A stretch of 64,000 bases of DNA from an uncultured Gemmatimonadaceae bacterium (GTDB lineage: Bacteria > Gemmatimonadota > Gemmatimonadetes > Gemmatimonadales > Gemmatimonadaceae), in the NCBI GenBank assembly GCA_963716745.1, contig OY970320.1:352001-416000 (forward strand), in the 5' to 3' direction. The notes below the pieces were generated by a model that saw only the letters and a program-made list of their open reading frames with translations, had not been told where the DNA came from and searched no databases. Both the position numbers and the translations under genes were made by a program. Position 1 is the first letter of the stretch. Every line of letters begins with the position of its first letter. This document shows, in pieces, positions 19,887-29,483 of this stretch.

Positions 19887-21316
19887 ATGCGCCAGTTCGC
19901 CGTCGCGCTCGCACTCGTGTTCGCCGGCACGGTCTCGGCACAGCAACCCGCCAAGTCGTCCGGTGCGAGTGACAGCGCCAAGAAGACCCCGCCAGGCAAG
20001 GGAGCCGTCGCGCTTCCCCTGGCGGACCCATTCCCAAGTACGTACAAGCCGTTCCCGTCGAAGACGACGCTCATCAAGAACGCGACCATCCTCACGGCCG
20101 CGGGCCCGCGGATCGTCGGCGGCTCGGTGCTGCTGCAGGGCGGCAAGATCGTGGCCGTCGGTACGAACGTGGCGGCGCCCGCCGATGCGGTGGTGATCGA
20201 CGGCACCGGCAAGTTCGTCACGCCTGGCCTGATCGACACGCACTCGCACCTGGGCGTGTACTCAGCGCCGGGCGTCGAGGCGAACAGCGACGGCAACGAA
20301 GCGGTTCGTCCGAACACGGCGTATGTGTGGGCCGAGCATTCGGTGTGGCCGCAGGATCCGCAGTTCCCGCGCTCGCTCGCTGGCGGCATCACGACGCTGC
20401 AAGTGCTCCCGGGTTCGGCGAACCTGTTCGGCGGCCGCAGCGTGGTGCTGAAGGTCGTTCCGTCGCGCCAGCGTGCAGGGGATGAAATTCCCCGGCGCCA
20501 AGTACGGCCTCAAGATGGCCTGCGGTGAGAATCCGAAGCGCGTGTACGGCAACCGCGGCGGACCGCAGACCCGCATGGGCAACGTCGCCGGCTACCGGCA
20601 GGCGTGGATCGATGCCGAGGCGTACCGCCGCTCGTGGGACAAGTACCTCGCGGATCCCAGCAAGGGCGATCCGCCGCGCCGCGATCTCGGCATGGAGACG
20701 CTCGCCGAAGTGCTGCGCGGGAACATCCTCGTCCACAATCACTGCTACCGCGCGGACGAGATGATGCAGATGATCGACATCGCGAACGAGTTCGGCTACA
20801 AGATCCGGTCGTTCCACCACGGCGTGGAAGCGTACAAGATCGCGAACGTGCTGGCGAAGGATTCGATCGCCGGCTCGCTCTGGGCCGATTGGGGCGGCTT
20901 CAAGATGGAGGCGCTCGACGGCATCGAGGCGAACCTCGCGCTGCTGGACCACGCGGGCGGCATCTCGATCACGCACTCCGACGACGCGTCGGGTGAGCAG
21001 CGCTTGAACCAGGAGACGGCGAAGGCCATCGCGGCGGGCCGCGCGATCGGGCTCGATGTCTCCGAGGACCAGGCGATCAAGTGGAACACGATCAATCCGG
21101 CGTGGGCGCTCGGCCTCGACAGCCAGATCGGCTCGATCGTTGTTGGTAAGAACGCCGACGTGGTGCTCTGGTCGGGCAATCCGTTCAGCGTGTACACGCA
21201 CGCCGAGATGGTGTGGATCGACGGCGCGATGCTCTATGACCGCGCGGACCCGCAAGATGAATTGGAAGACGGACTTCGAACTCGGCTTCGTGCATACCGC
21301 GGGAGGGAGCAACTAA
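19887..21316 (+). CDS. Secreted amidohydrolase (two frameshifts, near 20470 and 21255)
   Basis: Signal peptide; PGLIDTHSH, KMACGENPKR, HNHCYRADE, HHGVEAY, HSDD, GKNADVVLW. Confidence 0.88.
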
Positions 21317-22599
21317 TGCGCCGCTCACACTTCGGGCTCATTGCCCTCGCCACTGTCCTGGCCGCGGTCACGCTGCCGGCACAGACGATCGCCATCACCG
21401 GCGGCACGGTCTATCCGGTGAGCGGTCCTGCGATCAAGAACGGAACGGTGGTCATCACGAACGGGAAGATCACCGCGGTGGGCGCGAACGTCGCGATCCC
21501 CGCGGGTGCTACGAAGATCGACGCCACCGGCAAGTGGGTGACGCCAGGCCTCGTGAATGCGACGACGGCGGTCGGTCTGTTCGATGTGGGTTTCGGCGCC
21601 GATGCGAACGAGTCGCACGCCGAAGGCGCGGACCACGTCTCGGCGAGTTTCCAGCCGTGGCTCGCGTACGATCCGGCGAATGTACTCATCGCGGACAATC
21701 GCGAGTACGGCATCACGACGGCCGGCATCTGGCCGCGCGGCAATCTCGTCGCGGGACAGGGCGCGTTCGTGGACCTCGGCAGCGGTACGCTCGCGAGCAT
21801 GCTGCTCAAGGGACCGGTGGGCATGTCGGCGACGTTCGAAGGCAGCCGCAATGCGGGGGTGGGCGCGGAAGCCGAGCTCATCGAGAAGCTGCGTGAGCTG
21901 CTCGACAACACCAAGACGTACATGGCGAACAAGCTGGCGTATAACGGCGCGAAGATGCTGCCGTTCGCCTTCCGCCGCGCGGACATGGAAGCCATGATCC
22001 CGGTGGTCACGGGGCGCATTCCGCTGGTGCTCGATGTCGACAAGGCATCGAACATCATTCAGGCGCTCAAGATCGGCAGCGACTACAAGATCAAGCTGGT
22101 GCTCGCCGGCGGTGGGGAAGGCTGGATGGTGGCCAAGGAGATCGCGGCCGCGAGAGTGCCGGTGATGGCCGGTGCAATGAACAATATTCCCTACAACTTC
22201 ACGATGCTCAATTCGCGGCAGGAGAACGCCGCGATCATGAAGAAGGCGGGCGTGACCGTCGTGCTCATCGGCAACGCCGGCGGCGGCGACGAGGACGCGT
22301 TCAACATCCGCAACATCCGCTATGAGGCGGGCAATGCGGTGGGTTATGGCATGTCGTGGGACGATGCGCTGGCGGCGATCACATGGGCGCCGGCGATGGT
22401 GTTCGGCGTGAGTGACAAGGTGGGCGCGCTCAAGCCGGGAATGGAGGGGAACGTCGTGGTGTGGAGCGGCGACCCGTTCGAGTTCGCGACGCGCGCGGAG
22501 CACGTGTACATCCGCGGCGTGGAGAACACGACTCCTTCGAGACAGGATCTGTTGACGCAGCGGTACAAGACGCTGCCGGCGGATTACTCTAAACCCTAG
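21316..22599 (+). CDS. Secreted amidohydrolase-fold protein lacking the metal-binding HxH
   Basis: Signal peptide; PGLVNATT in place of PGLIDxHxH; C-terminal G.LKPG..GNVVVWSGDPFE; TAATG-coupled to the upstream gene. Confidence 0.85.
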   Translation: MRRSHFGLIALATVLAAVTLPAQTIAITGGTVYPVSGPAIKNGTVVITNGKITAVGANVAIPAGATKIDATGKWVTPGLVNATTAVGLFDVGFGADANESHAEGADHVSASFQPWLAYDPANVLIADNREYGITTAGIWPRGNLVAGQGAFVDLGSGTLASMLLKGPVGMSATFEGSRNAGVGAEAELIEKLRELLDNTKTYMANKLAYNGAKMLPFAFRRADMEAMIPVVTGRIPLVLDVDKASNIIQALKIGSDYKIKLVLAGGGEGWMVAKEIAAARVPVMAGAMNNIPYNFTMLNSRQENAAIMKKAGVTVVLIGNAGGGDEDAFNIRNIRYEAGNAVGYGMSWDDALAAITWAPAMVFGVSDKVGALKPGMEGNVVVWSGDPFEFATRAEHVYIRGVENTTPSRQDLLTQRYKTLPADYSKP

Positions 22600-22623
22600 G
22601 GCTGGACTGCGGTAGCTGCAATG

Positions 22624-22661
22624 AAGATGGGCGCGGAGGTCGTTCTCTCCGCGCCCATTTT
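22624..22661. terminator. Likely bidirectional intrinsic terminator between convergent genes
   Basis: ATGGGCGCGGAG-N8-CTCCGCGCCCAT stem followed by TTT. Confidence 0.7.
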
Positions 22662-22680
22662 GCATCTAGCTTGGTCGCGT

Positions 22681-22704
22681 TCGGGATTCGGGATTCGGGA
22701 CTCG
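22681..22704. repeat. Short 7-bp tandem repeat (TCGGGAT/C) x3
   Basis: tcgggat tcgggat tcgggac tcg. Confidence 0.6.
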
Positions 22705-22712
22705 CCGCGGGA

Positions 22713-25338
22713 TTACGGGACGAGGACGGCGCGGCGTCCGCGCTCCACGAACAGTGAATCGAACTCCACGAGCGTGACGAATGTGCCGGGGCGAAGAGGC
22801 TGGAATGCGGCGAACAATCGCTCGCCCATGATGAAAGCGTACACCGAATCCTGCCGGACACTCAGCGCGAACGCCGTGTCGAGTGCGGCGGCGGCGCGAA
22901 CGCAAAGAGAATCCCGCGCCACCGGCGCCGGCCGGCCATCGAGCGACTGGCTGAGCGTTGTGGACCAGGCATCGGCCCGCACACAGTGGTTCGGTGGCTG
23001 AAACCGTGGCGGTGGTGGTGGCGGCGGAGGCTGTGGGCGTTCCGATGCCGGAGGTGATGGCTCCCGCCGAGGCGGTGGCATCGGCGGAGGCGGCGGTGGC
23101 ATGCGAGGCGGTTCTGGAATACCCATCAGGCTCTGCATCTTGTGTGCGGCTTCCTGGGCAATGCGCGGATACGCATGCTCGTCGAGCTGCATGAGGAGCG
23201 CCAGCGTCTGCGTGTCAGCGGCGATCGCCGGGTTCCTGAGAATTCGCAGCGCGATGTACGGACTGACCCGGATCGGGAGACCCCGCGCGATCACGCGGAG
23301 CAGCGAATCGGGTGTGGTTGGAAGGAGGACGAGCTGCTCGAGCGACCACACGCGAACGAACTGGAATCGTTCGTCGAGCCGGCTCATGGCGTCGAGCACA
23401 CGAATCCGATCGTTCGCAGCGCCGCAGTTCATCACCGCGTACGGGACGCTCTGCGGAAGCGTTCCCTTCGCTGCGCGCGACATGCCAGCGATCAACTCCT
23501 TCTCGGCAGTCGTTCTCATTCGCCGGAGCAGCGAATCAGCGACACGTGCCTCCGAGCCGCTGACCGGGCACGCCGCGACCAGTGCAAGGATCATCGCATT
23601 CGTTGGCCCGCGGCGCCCGGCGACGAGCGCGTGCACCGTCCGATCACACGATCCGGCGACCAGGCACGACATGAGGAGTTCGTACGCTACGGCCTCGGGC
23701 ATCCTCGCGAGGTCCGCACGAGTCGCGACATCGATCTCCCGCATGCGTGCGTGCGCCGTGTCCAGTACGGTGCGGTTCGCGCGATATCGCGGGAGTGCCG
23801 CGATCGCTGCAAGTCGCTTCACATCCCCTCGGACAGAAGTCAGCGAAAGCGCGTGAAGCGCCAGCTGTTCATTCACTTCAGCGAGCGCCAGACGCTCTTC
23901 GAAGGGCAGCGAGTCAGCCAAGAATGTTCGGATTCGCAAGGACGAATGGCGTCAGCTGGGAGGCGTTCTGACGAACCATGCGCAACACGTCAGGCGCAGG
24001 CGTCTGTGGATCGCCGACGGCGAAACTCCGCCATGCAGCACGTGCGCCGGGGTCTCCGGCGAGGGCCGCCTCGAAGTCGCCATCCAGGAGATAGCGATCG
24101 GTCGCGCGCAGCGGGAACAGTGCGCTCGGCGGCACGAGCGAGTCCGCCGTTATTCCGAAGCCCTTCAGTATGCGAGTGACCCAGCCTTCGCGCGTACCGA
24201 GGCTCAGGACGAATCCTCCTGGATAAACTTGGTCTACTTCCCGAGGTACGTGTTCGAAGATGTGGTAGAACGTGAGGTCGCGACCGTTGTCCCGCGCGAC
24301 GACGTCAATGATCGCCGACTTGCCAAGCGGCGAGGCGTGCGCGAGGGCCACTATCTGCGGCGCGACAGCCGGGCACACAGCGGTGATGCTCTTTTCTGGC
24401 TCGACCGCGACGAGTGACAATGCCGATATCCACCAGAGCGAGCCATGTCGACCGTCGCGATCGGCCACCGTGATCGCCATGTCTCCAGCACGCGTGAAGC
24501 TCACGCTCGCGAAGACCATTTCCGCGAGGCGGAGATGCTCGGCGCCGCCTCCCGAAAGGGACACTCGATACGTTGCGGAGGACTCGACGCCGAAGGTCCG
24601 TTCGAAGAGAAGGAGATCTCGCCCGCCCTCCGTCCACTGCGTGGTGAAATACGTTCGCGGCAGCGGCCCGGCGACGCATCGCTCACCGGAGGCGTCAGCG
24701 ACGTACACGGCCGCGCGGTTGCCCCCACAACAGCTGTCGATCCGAGCGGCGTCGCCGAACCGCGAGAGTCTGCCGTCACCCTTCCACATAACTCCGAACT
24801 GCGGCAGCTTGGCCGGGGAACCATCCGCCGTGATCGCGAACGGCACCAGCGCGCCAAGACCAGACATGAACCACAAGTTCTCGCGGTGGCCAGTCACGAT
24901 CCTTCCGTCGTTGAGCCAGGAGATCGCCATCGGGACGAGTGTGTCGCCCTCGGCGAGAGATGCCAGTCGGCGTTCGCCGCCGGTGGTGAGATCGAGGACG
25001 AACAGGCCGGCCTGCGCGTCCTTACGCGTGCGGTCGGGATCGTTCCGCCAGAACGCCAATTGTTTGCCGTCGGGCGACCATGTGAGGTCACTTAAGGCGC
25101 CGGCCAGTACGCTCAACCGCGAAGCGTGAAGCCCGGGCAACTCAAGGATCCAGATGGACGAGAGTTTACCCTCAGTCACCCGGTAGGCGAATCGCGAGCC
25201 ATCCGGAGAAATGGTCCCGAATAGCGCCTCGTGAGCCGAATCGGGGGCTTCGAGCTGGGAGACGAAGCGCGCTTGGGCGCCCGCGGGAGCGCTCAGTACG
25301 CCGGCGAGCGCCGCGAGAAGAAACCCGCGCAACATCAT
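22713..25338 (-). CDS. Large secreted hypothetical protein: TolB/PD40-like propeller, helical repeats, Pro-rich linker (probably one gene frameshifted near 23920)
   Basis: Signal peptide [32 protein letters not shown] and [10 protein letters not shown] repeats; removing one base joins ..LANPNIL to ADSLPFEER..; a similar LRNPAIAAD motif occurs downstream. Confidence 0.6.
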
Positions 25339-25433
25339 TCCGCTCCCGGCGCGAACGAACCATGGAATGTGGTCACAAGGATGTGATGCGCCCGAGCGGC
25401 AAAGTTGCACATGCCGGCCTCGCTCCGACGCGC

Positions 25434-26063
25434 TCAGTTCGCAGCGCGCAACGCCTCGATGTTCGCTCCGGTGATCGCGCCGAGATTCCGTGTGATCTTG
25501 TCGGCGGGCCAGTTCCACCACGCGATCTTCACCAATTCGGCGGCGACATCGCGGGGGAAGCGCTCCTTGCGCTGCTCGGCGGGATTGCCGGCGGCGATCG
25601 TGTATGGAGCGACATCCTTCGTTACGAGCGCGCGCGCGGCAATGATCGCACCGTCGCCGACGGTCACACCGGCGAGGATCGCGGCGTCGTAGCCGATCCA
25701 CACATCGTTGCCGATCACGGTGTCGCCGCGCGAGGGCAGTTGGTCGGGCGTGGGCGCGGCCCCTTCCCACCCGTGGCGGAAGGCGAAGAACGGGTACGTC
25801 GAGAAGCCCGTCATCTGATGGTTCGCACCGTTCATGATGAACTTCACGCGGTGCGCGATCGCGCAGAACTTGCCGATGACCAGCCGCTCCGGCCCGAAGT
25901 GATAGAGGACGTTCTCGCTCTCGAAGGCGAGCGTCTCGTCCTCGTCATCGTAGTACGTGTAGTCGCCGACGACGATCTTAGGGCTGGTGATGATGTTCTT
26001 GAGATAGACGACGCGCTTCGCGTCGACGATCGGGCGAGGATCGTTCGGGTGGGGGCCGGTCAT
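25434..26063 (-). CDS. Vat/CatB-family xenobiotic O-acetyltransferase (streptogramin A acetyltransferase-like)
   Basis: [52 protein letters not shown]. Confidence 0.9.
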   Translation of the reverse strand: MTGPHPNDPRPIVDAKRVVYLKNIITSPKIVVGDYTYYDDEDETLAFESENVLYHFGPERLVIGKFCAIAHRVKFIMNGANHQMTGFSTYPFFAFRHGWEGAAPTPDQLPSRGDTVIGNDVWIGYDAAILAGVTVGDGAIIAARALVTKDVAPYTIAAGNPAEQRKERFPRDVAAELVKIAWWNWPADKITRNLGAITGANIEALRAAN

Positions 26064-26075
26064 GCGCGCACGGGA

Positions 26076-26390
26076 TCAGTTGGTCGCAGCGGGCTCCTCC
26101 GGCTTGTTCTGCTCACCGGCGGTGCGCATCGCGGCGAGGGATTCCTCATGCTTCGCGATCTCGGCGAGGTAAGACTCGAGCACGGCGCTGAGGCGCGTGT
26201 GCACGTCGGCTTCGATCTCCTTACCGGCCTGCTTGGCACGGAAGTACTCGTAGCCCAGGTTTTGCGCGGCGCGGTCGGCGAGCTGGCGCGTGCGCATGAG
26301 CTCGAGGCGGATCTTCCCTTCATCCATCGCAACCTGCGCCATGCGGCCGGCGCGGTCGAGTTCTTCCTTGAGTCGGGTCCAGACGGTCAT
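26076..26390 (-). CDS. Hypothetical helical protein
   Basis: 104-aa [18 protein letters not shown].. with SD GAGGG and coiled-coil-like composition. Confidence 0.7.
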   Translation of the reverse strand: MTVWTRLKEELDRAGRMAQVAMDEGKIRLELMRTRQLADRAAQNLGYEYFRAKQAGKEIEADVHTRLSAVLESYLAEIAKHEESLAAMRTAGEQNKPEEPAATN

Positions 26391-26438
26391 GGTGTCCCTC
26401 GGGAATGGAGGCTCTACGCAAGATACCACCGTCGCCGG

Positions 26439-26474
26439 AAAAACGAACGCCCCCGCGCGGTGCACGGGAGCGTT
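26439..26474 (-). terminator. Intrinsic terminator after rpmA
   Basis: Minus strand AACGCTCCCGTGC-ACC-GCGCGGGGGCGTT then CGTTTTT. Confidence 0.8.
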
Positions 26475-26497
26475 TTGAGGGCTGGCCTGCGATCGAG

Positions 26498-26776
26498 CTA
26501 CGCGGCGGTGACCTTGCTGGCTTCGGCCGGATACACACTGACCTTGAAGCGCAGCTTGTTCTTGTGCTCGAACTTCACGACGCCGTCGATGAGCGCGAAG
26601 ATCGTGAAATCGGAGCCGACGCCCACATTGCGTCCCGGGTGCACCTTGGTGCCGCACTGGCGCACGATGATGTTGCCCGCGCGCACACGCTCGCCACCGT
26701 ACTTCTTCACGCCGCGGAACTGCGGATTGCTGTCGCGGCCGTTGCGGCTGGAGCCGACGCCTTTCTTATGAGCCAT
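26498..26776 (-). CDS. rpmA: 50S ribosomal protein L27
   Basis: [23 protein letters not shown]. Confidence 0.98.
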   Translation of the reverse strand: MAHKKGVGSSRNGRDSNPQFRGVKKYGGERVRAGNIIVRQCGTKVHPGRNVGVGSDFTIFALIDGVVKFEHKNKLRFKVSVYPAEASKVTAA

Positions 26777-26785
26777 TGGTCGATC

Positions 26786-27103
26786 TCAGCCGAGTGTGAT
26801 GTCGTTGATCTTCACTTCCGTGAAGCCCTGCCGGTGTCCCTGCTTCTTCGCGTAGTTCTTGCGGCGCTTCATCTTGAAGACGACGATCTTGTCCGCCTTG
26901 CCATGGCGCGTGATCTCGGCCGTGACTCTGGCGCCCTTCACCGTCGGCGTGCCGGCGCGGACCTTGGTGCCATCGGAGCTCAGGAGCACCTCGTCGAAGG
27001 TGACCTTCGAACCCACCTCGGCTTCGAGGCTCGGGATGCGAAGCGTCTTCCCTTCTTCGACGCGGAACTGGAAGCCGGCGGTGCGGATGATCGCGTAAGT
27101 CAT
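26786..27103 (-). CDS. rplU: 50S ribosomal protein L21
   Basis: YAIIRTAG.QFRVEEG, KRRKNY.KKQGHRQ. Confidence 0.98.
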   Translation of the reverse strand: MTYAIIRTAGFQFRVEEGKTLRIPSLEAEVGSKVTFDEVLLSSDGTKVRAGTPTVKGARVTAEITRHGKADKIVVFKMKRRKNYAKKQGHRQGFTEVKINDITLG

Positions 27104-27148
27104 TGGTTCGGAACGGAGTAGAGACAGGATAACCGATACAGACTTAAC

Positions 27149-27177
27149 AACTTAGCTGGCAAGCGATACTGTGTCAA
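27149..27177 (-). promoter_or_regulatory. Sigma70 promoter for rplU-rpmA
   Basis: TTGACA-N17-TAAGTT on the minus strand. Confidence 0.75.
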
Positions 27178-27213
27178 CGGGGCGATTCCGAATCATCGAG
27201 TCACCGCATCTGC

Positions 27214-27493
27214 GCGCCGTTCGGTCTCATCGGGGACAGGAAATATCACGGCTCAAGTTCAACGGGATGCGGCGGAAGGAGCATGGATGCGCTGGATCGC
27301 TCAATGTACCGCGGAGCATCGCCGCGCCACGACGGGCGGTGTTTCTGTAATTAACAACAAATACTGGAATTCATCGCACCACATGGCCTTCGGTAAGTCC
27401 CTCGAAACGATCCAGCGCATCCGTGCTCCCTCCGCCGCATCCCATTGAACATGGACCGTGATCCCTCCTGTCCACAATGCATGTGAACGGCGC
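27214..27493. repeat. 86-bp imperfect inverted repeat flanking a 108-bp spacer
   Basis: Arms 27214-27299 and 27408-27493 align without gaps, 70/86 identical (inner 43 bp: 40/43). Confidence 0.92.
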
Positions 27494-27553
27494 CCAATCT
27501 TCCAACCCTTATCGCGCTAGTATGATCAAGATTTGCATGATTCAAATGACCTC

Positions 27554-29137
27554 TCAGGCCACAGCGTATTGCTGCGTCACGTCGCGCTCGGCGCCTTTCA
27601 GGACGAGCTTGAACTCGTCCGGCTTGAGCAGCGGATCGTCGCGGACGTCCAGATGCAAGCCGAGTGATTTCTCCAGTTTGCGGGCGAAATCGTGCTCGTT
27701 CTCCAGAACGTACATCGCGACGTCGGGGTGCATCTTCACGATGATGGGGTCCTTGCGGCCCTCACCGGCCATGCGGCGAACGGACCGTTCCAGGCGCCGG
27801 ACGGTGCTCTCGGGGCTGAACACGCGACCCGAGCCGCCGCACACCGTGCACGGCTCGGTCATGCTGTGGTAATGGCCGGCGCGCACGCGCTGGCGCGTCA
27901 TCTCGATGAGGCCGAGTTCGCTCACGGCATATGCCTTGGTGCGCGCGCGGTCGCGTGAGAGATTCGTGCGCAGCTCCTGCAGCACCTTCTCGCGATTCTG
28001 CCGCGTCTCCATGTCAATGAAGTCGCACACGATGATGCCGCCAATGTCGCGCAGGCGCAGTTGCCGCGCGACTTCCTTCGCGGCCTCGGTGTTCGTGCGC
28101 AGGATCGTCTTCTCGGGGTCCTTCTTGCCCGTGTAGCGGCCCGAGTTCACGTCCACGCTCACCAGCGCTTCGGTCTGCTCGATGATCAGATAGCCGCCCG
28201 ACGGCAGATCGCAGCGCCGCTTGAACAAGTCGCGGATCTCGGACTCCACTTCGGCCTTGTCGAATAGCGGCTGCGCGTCGCCATACAGCGTGACGCGCTC
28301 GATGAGTTCCGGCGCGATCGCCTTCAGATATTCGATGATCTCGTTGTACACCTGCTTGGAATCCACCTGCAGCGCGTCGACCTTCGCGCTGAACACGTCG
28401 CGGATGAGCCCGCGCGTGAGCGACGTCTCGCGGTGCACGAGATTGGGAGCTTTCTGGAAATGCGTCTTGCGCTGGATCTTCTTCCACTGCGACTGGAGCG
28501 AGACGAGCTCGCGGCGGAAGGTCTCCTGCGTGACGTCCTCGCCCACGGTGCGCACGATCACGCCGCCCGATTCTTCCGGCAGGGCCGCCGTGACGAGTTC
28601 GCGCAGCCGCTGGCGCTCCGCGCGCTCGCCGATCTTGCGGCTCACGCCCACGCGCGACGCGAACGGCAGGTACACCAGGAACCGTCCGGCGAGGGAGATC
28701 TGCGCGGTGACGCGCGGGCCTTTCGTGGAGATCGGCTCCTTGGACACCTGCACGAGGATCTCCTGGCCACGCTTGAGCATGTCCTGGATCGGCGGCGCCT
28801 TCGCGCGGCGGGGCCGCCGGCCGGGACTCTCCTCCTCGGCCTCTTCGCCCTCGTCTCCGTTCGACGGCGCGTCATCCGCGGCGTCATCGTCATCCTTGTC
28901 GTCGTCCTCGGGGAAGACGAGATCGGACGCGTGTAGGAAGGCACTCTTCTCGGTGCCGATGTCGACGAAAGCGGCTTGGATCCCCGGAAGCACGGCGTCA
29001 ACGCGGCCAAGGTAGATATCGCCTACCATGCGGCGGTTGTCGGGGCGGTCCATCATCAGCTCAACGAGCTGGTCGTCCTCCAGCATCGCCACGCGCGTTT
29101 CTCGCGCGCCGGCGTTGATCAGTATCTCACGTTTCAT
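27554..29137 (-). CDS. Ribonuclease E/G family (Rne/Rng)
   Basis: GDIYLGRV..VLPGIQAAFVDIG, KEPISTKGPRVT, VDVNSG, RLRDIGGIIVCDFIDM, CTVC. Confidence 0.96.
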   Translation of the reverse strand: MKREILINAGARETRVAMLEDDQLVELMMDRPDNRRMVGDIYLGRVDAVLPGIQAAFVDIGTEKSAFLHASDLVFPEDDDKDDDDAADDAPSNGDEGEEAEEESPGRRPRRAKAPPIQDMLKRGQEILVQVSKEPISTKGPRVTAQISLAGRFLVYLPFASRVGVSRKIGERAERQRLRELVTAALPEESGGVIVRTVGEDVTQETFRRELVSLQSQWKKIQRKTHFQKAPNLVHRETSLTRGLIRDVFSAKVDALQVDSKQVYNEIIEYLKAIAPELIERVTLYGDAQPLFDKAEVESEIRDLFKRRCDLPSGGYLIIEQTEALVSVDVNSGRYTGKKDPEKTILRTNTEAAKEVARQLRLRDIGGIIVCDFIDMETRQNREKVLQELRTNLSRDRARTKAYAVSELGLIEMTRQRVRAGHYHSMTEPCTVCGGSGRVFSPESTVRRLERSVRRMAGEGRKDPIIVKMHPDVAMYVLENEHDFARKLEKSLGLHLDVRDDPLLKPDEFKLVLKGAERDVTQQYAVA

Positions 29138-29463
29138 TGCCTGGCGCCCGTTCCCATGCACGGCGGCTCGGCGTGCGCGGGCAGGCTCCCTGCGAGTTCA
29201 AAGTGGCGCGTCCGTGTCCTCGCCCGGCCAGTGGTCGCCCACTGAGATCGTGCACGCCATTGCCGCCTCGCACGCCCTCGGGACTGAGCCCGGAACGGGA
29301 GGAACGACGGAACGGCGAGCGATCGGAAGCCGTTGGTGGTACGGTGTCGCGTCAGGAGCGCGAGCGCCCCCGGGGTGTTACACGCGCCCGGACATCGCGA
29401 GCCGCGCGACGGACCGGGCGCAGAGATCCATCCATTCAGAATGGTGCTGCGGGGAGAAGTATA
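29138..29463 (-). promoter_or_regulatory. Long structured 5' leader of the RNase E/G gene
   Basis: TATACT -10-like box at 29458-63; several nested complementary segments, one pairing with the purine tract upstream of the ATG. Confidence 0.5.
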
Positions 29464-29483
29464 CGGCGTTCCTGCGGCGCGGG

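Noticed and set aside
23000..23115. GGC/GGT-rich low-complexity tract
   Set aside because: Encodes the poly-proline linker of the minus-strand protein; not a separate repeat element.
26498..27103. Possible Prp-dependent L27 processing system
   Set aside because: L27 begins MAHKK with no N-terminal extension, and no prp gene lies between rplU and rpmA.
27214..27493. Inverted-repeat element as retron msr/msd, CRISPR, 6S RNA or IS ends
   Set aside because: No reverse transcriptase, cas or transposase nearby; no direct-repeat array; size and near-continuous pairing do not resemble 6S. Retained as an unexplained element.
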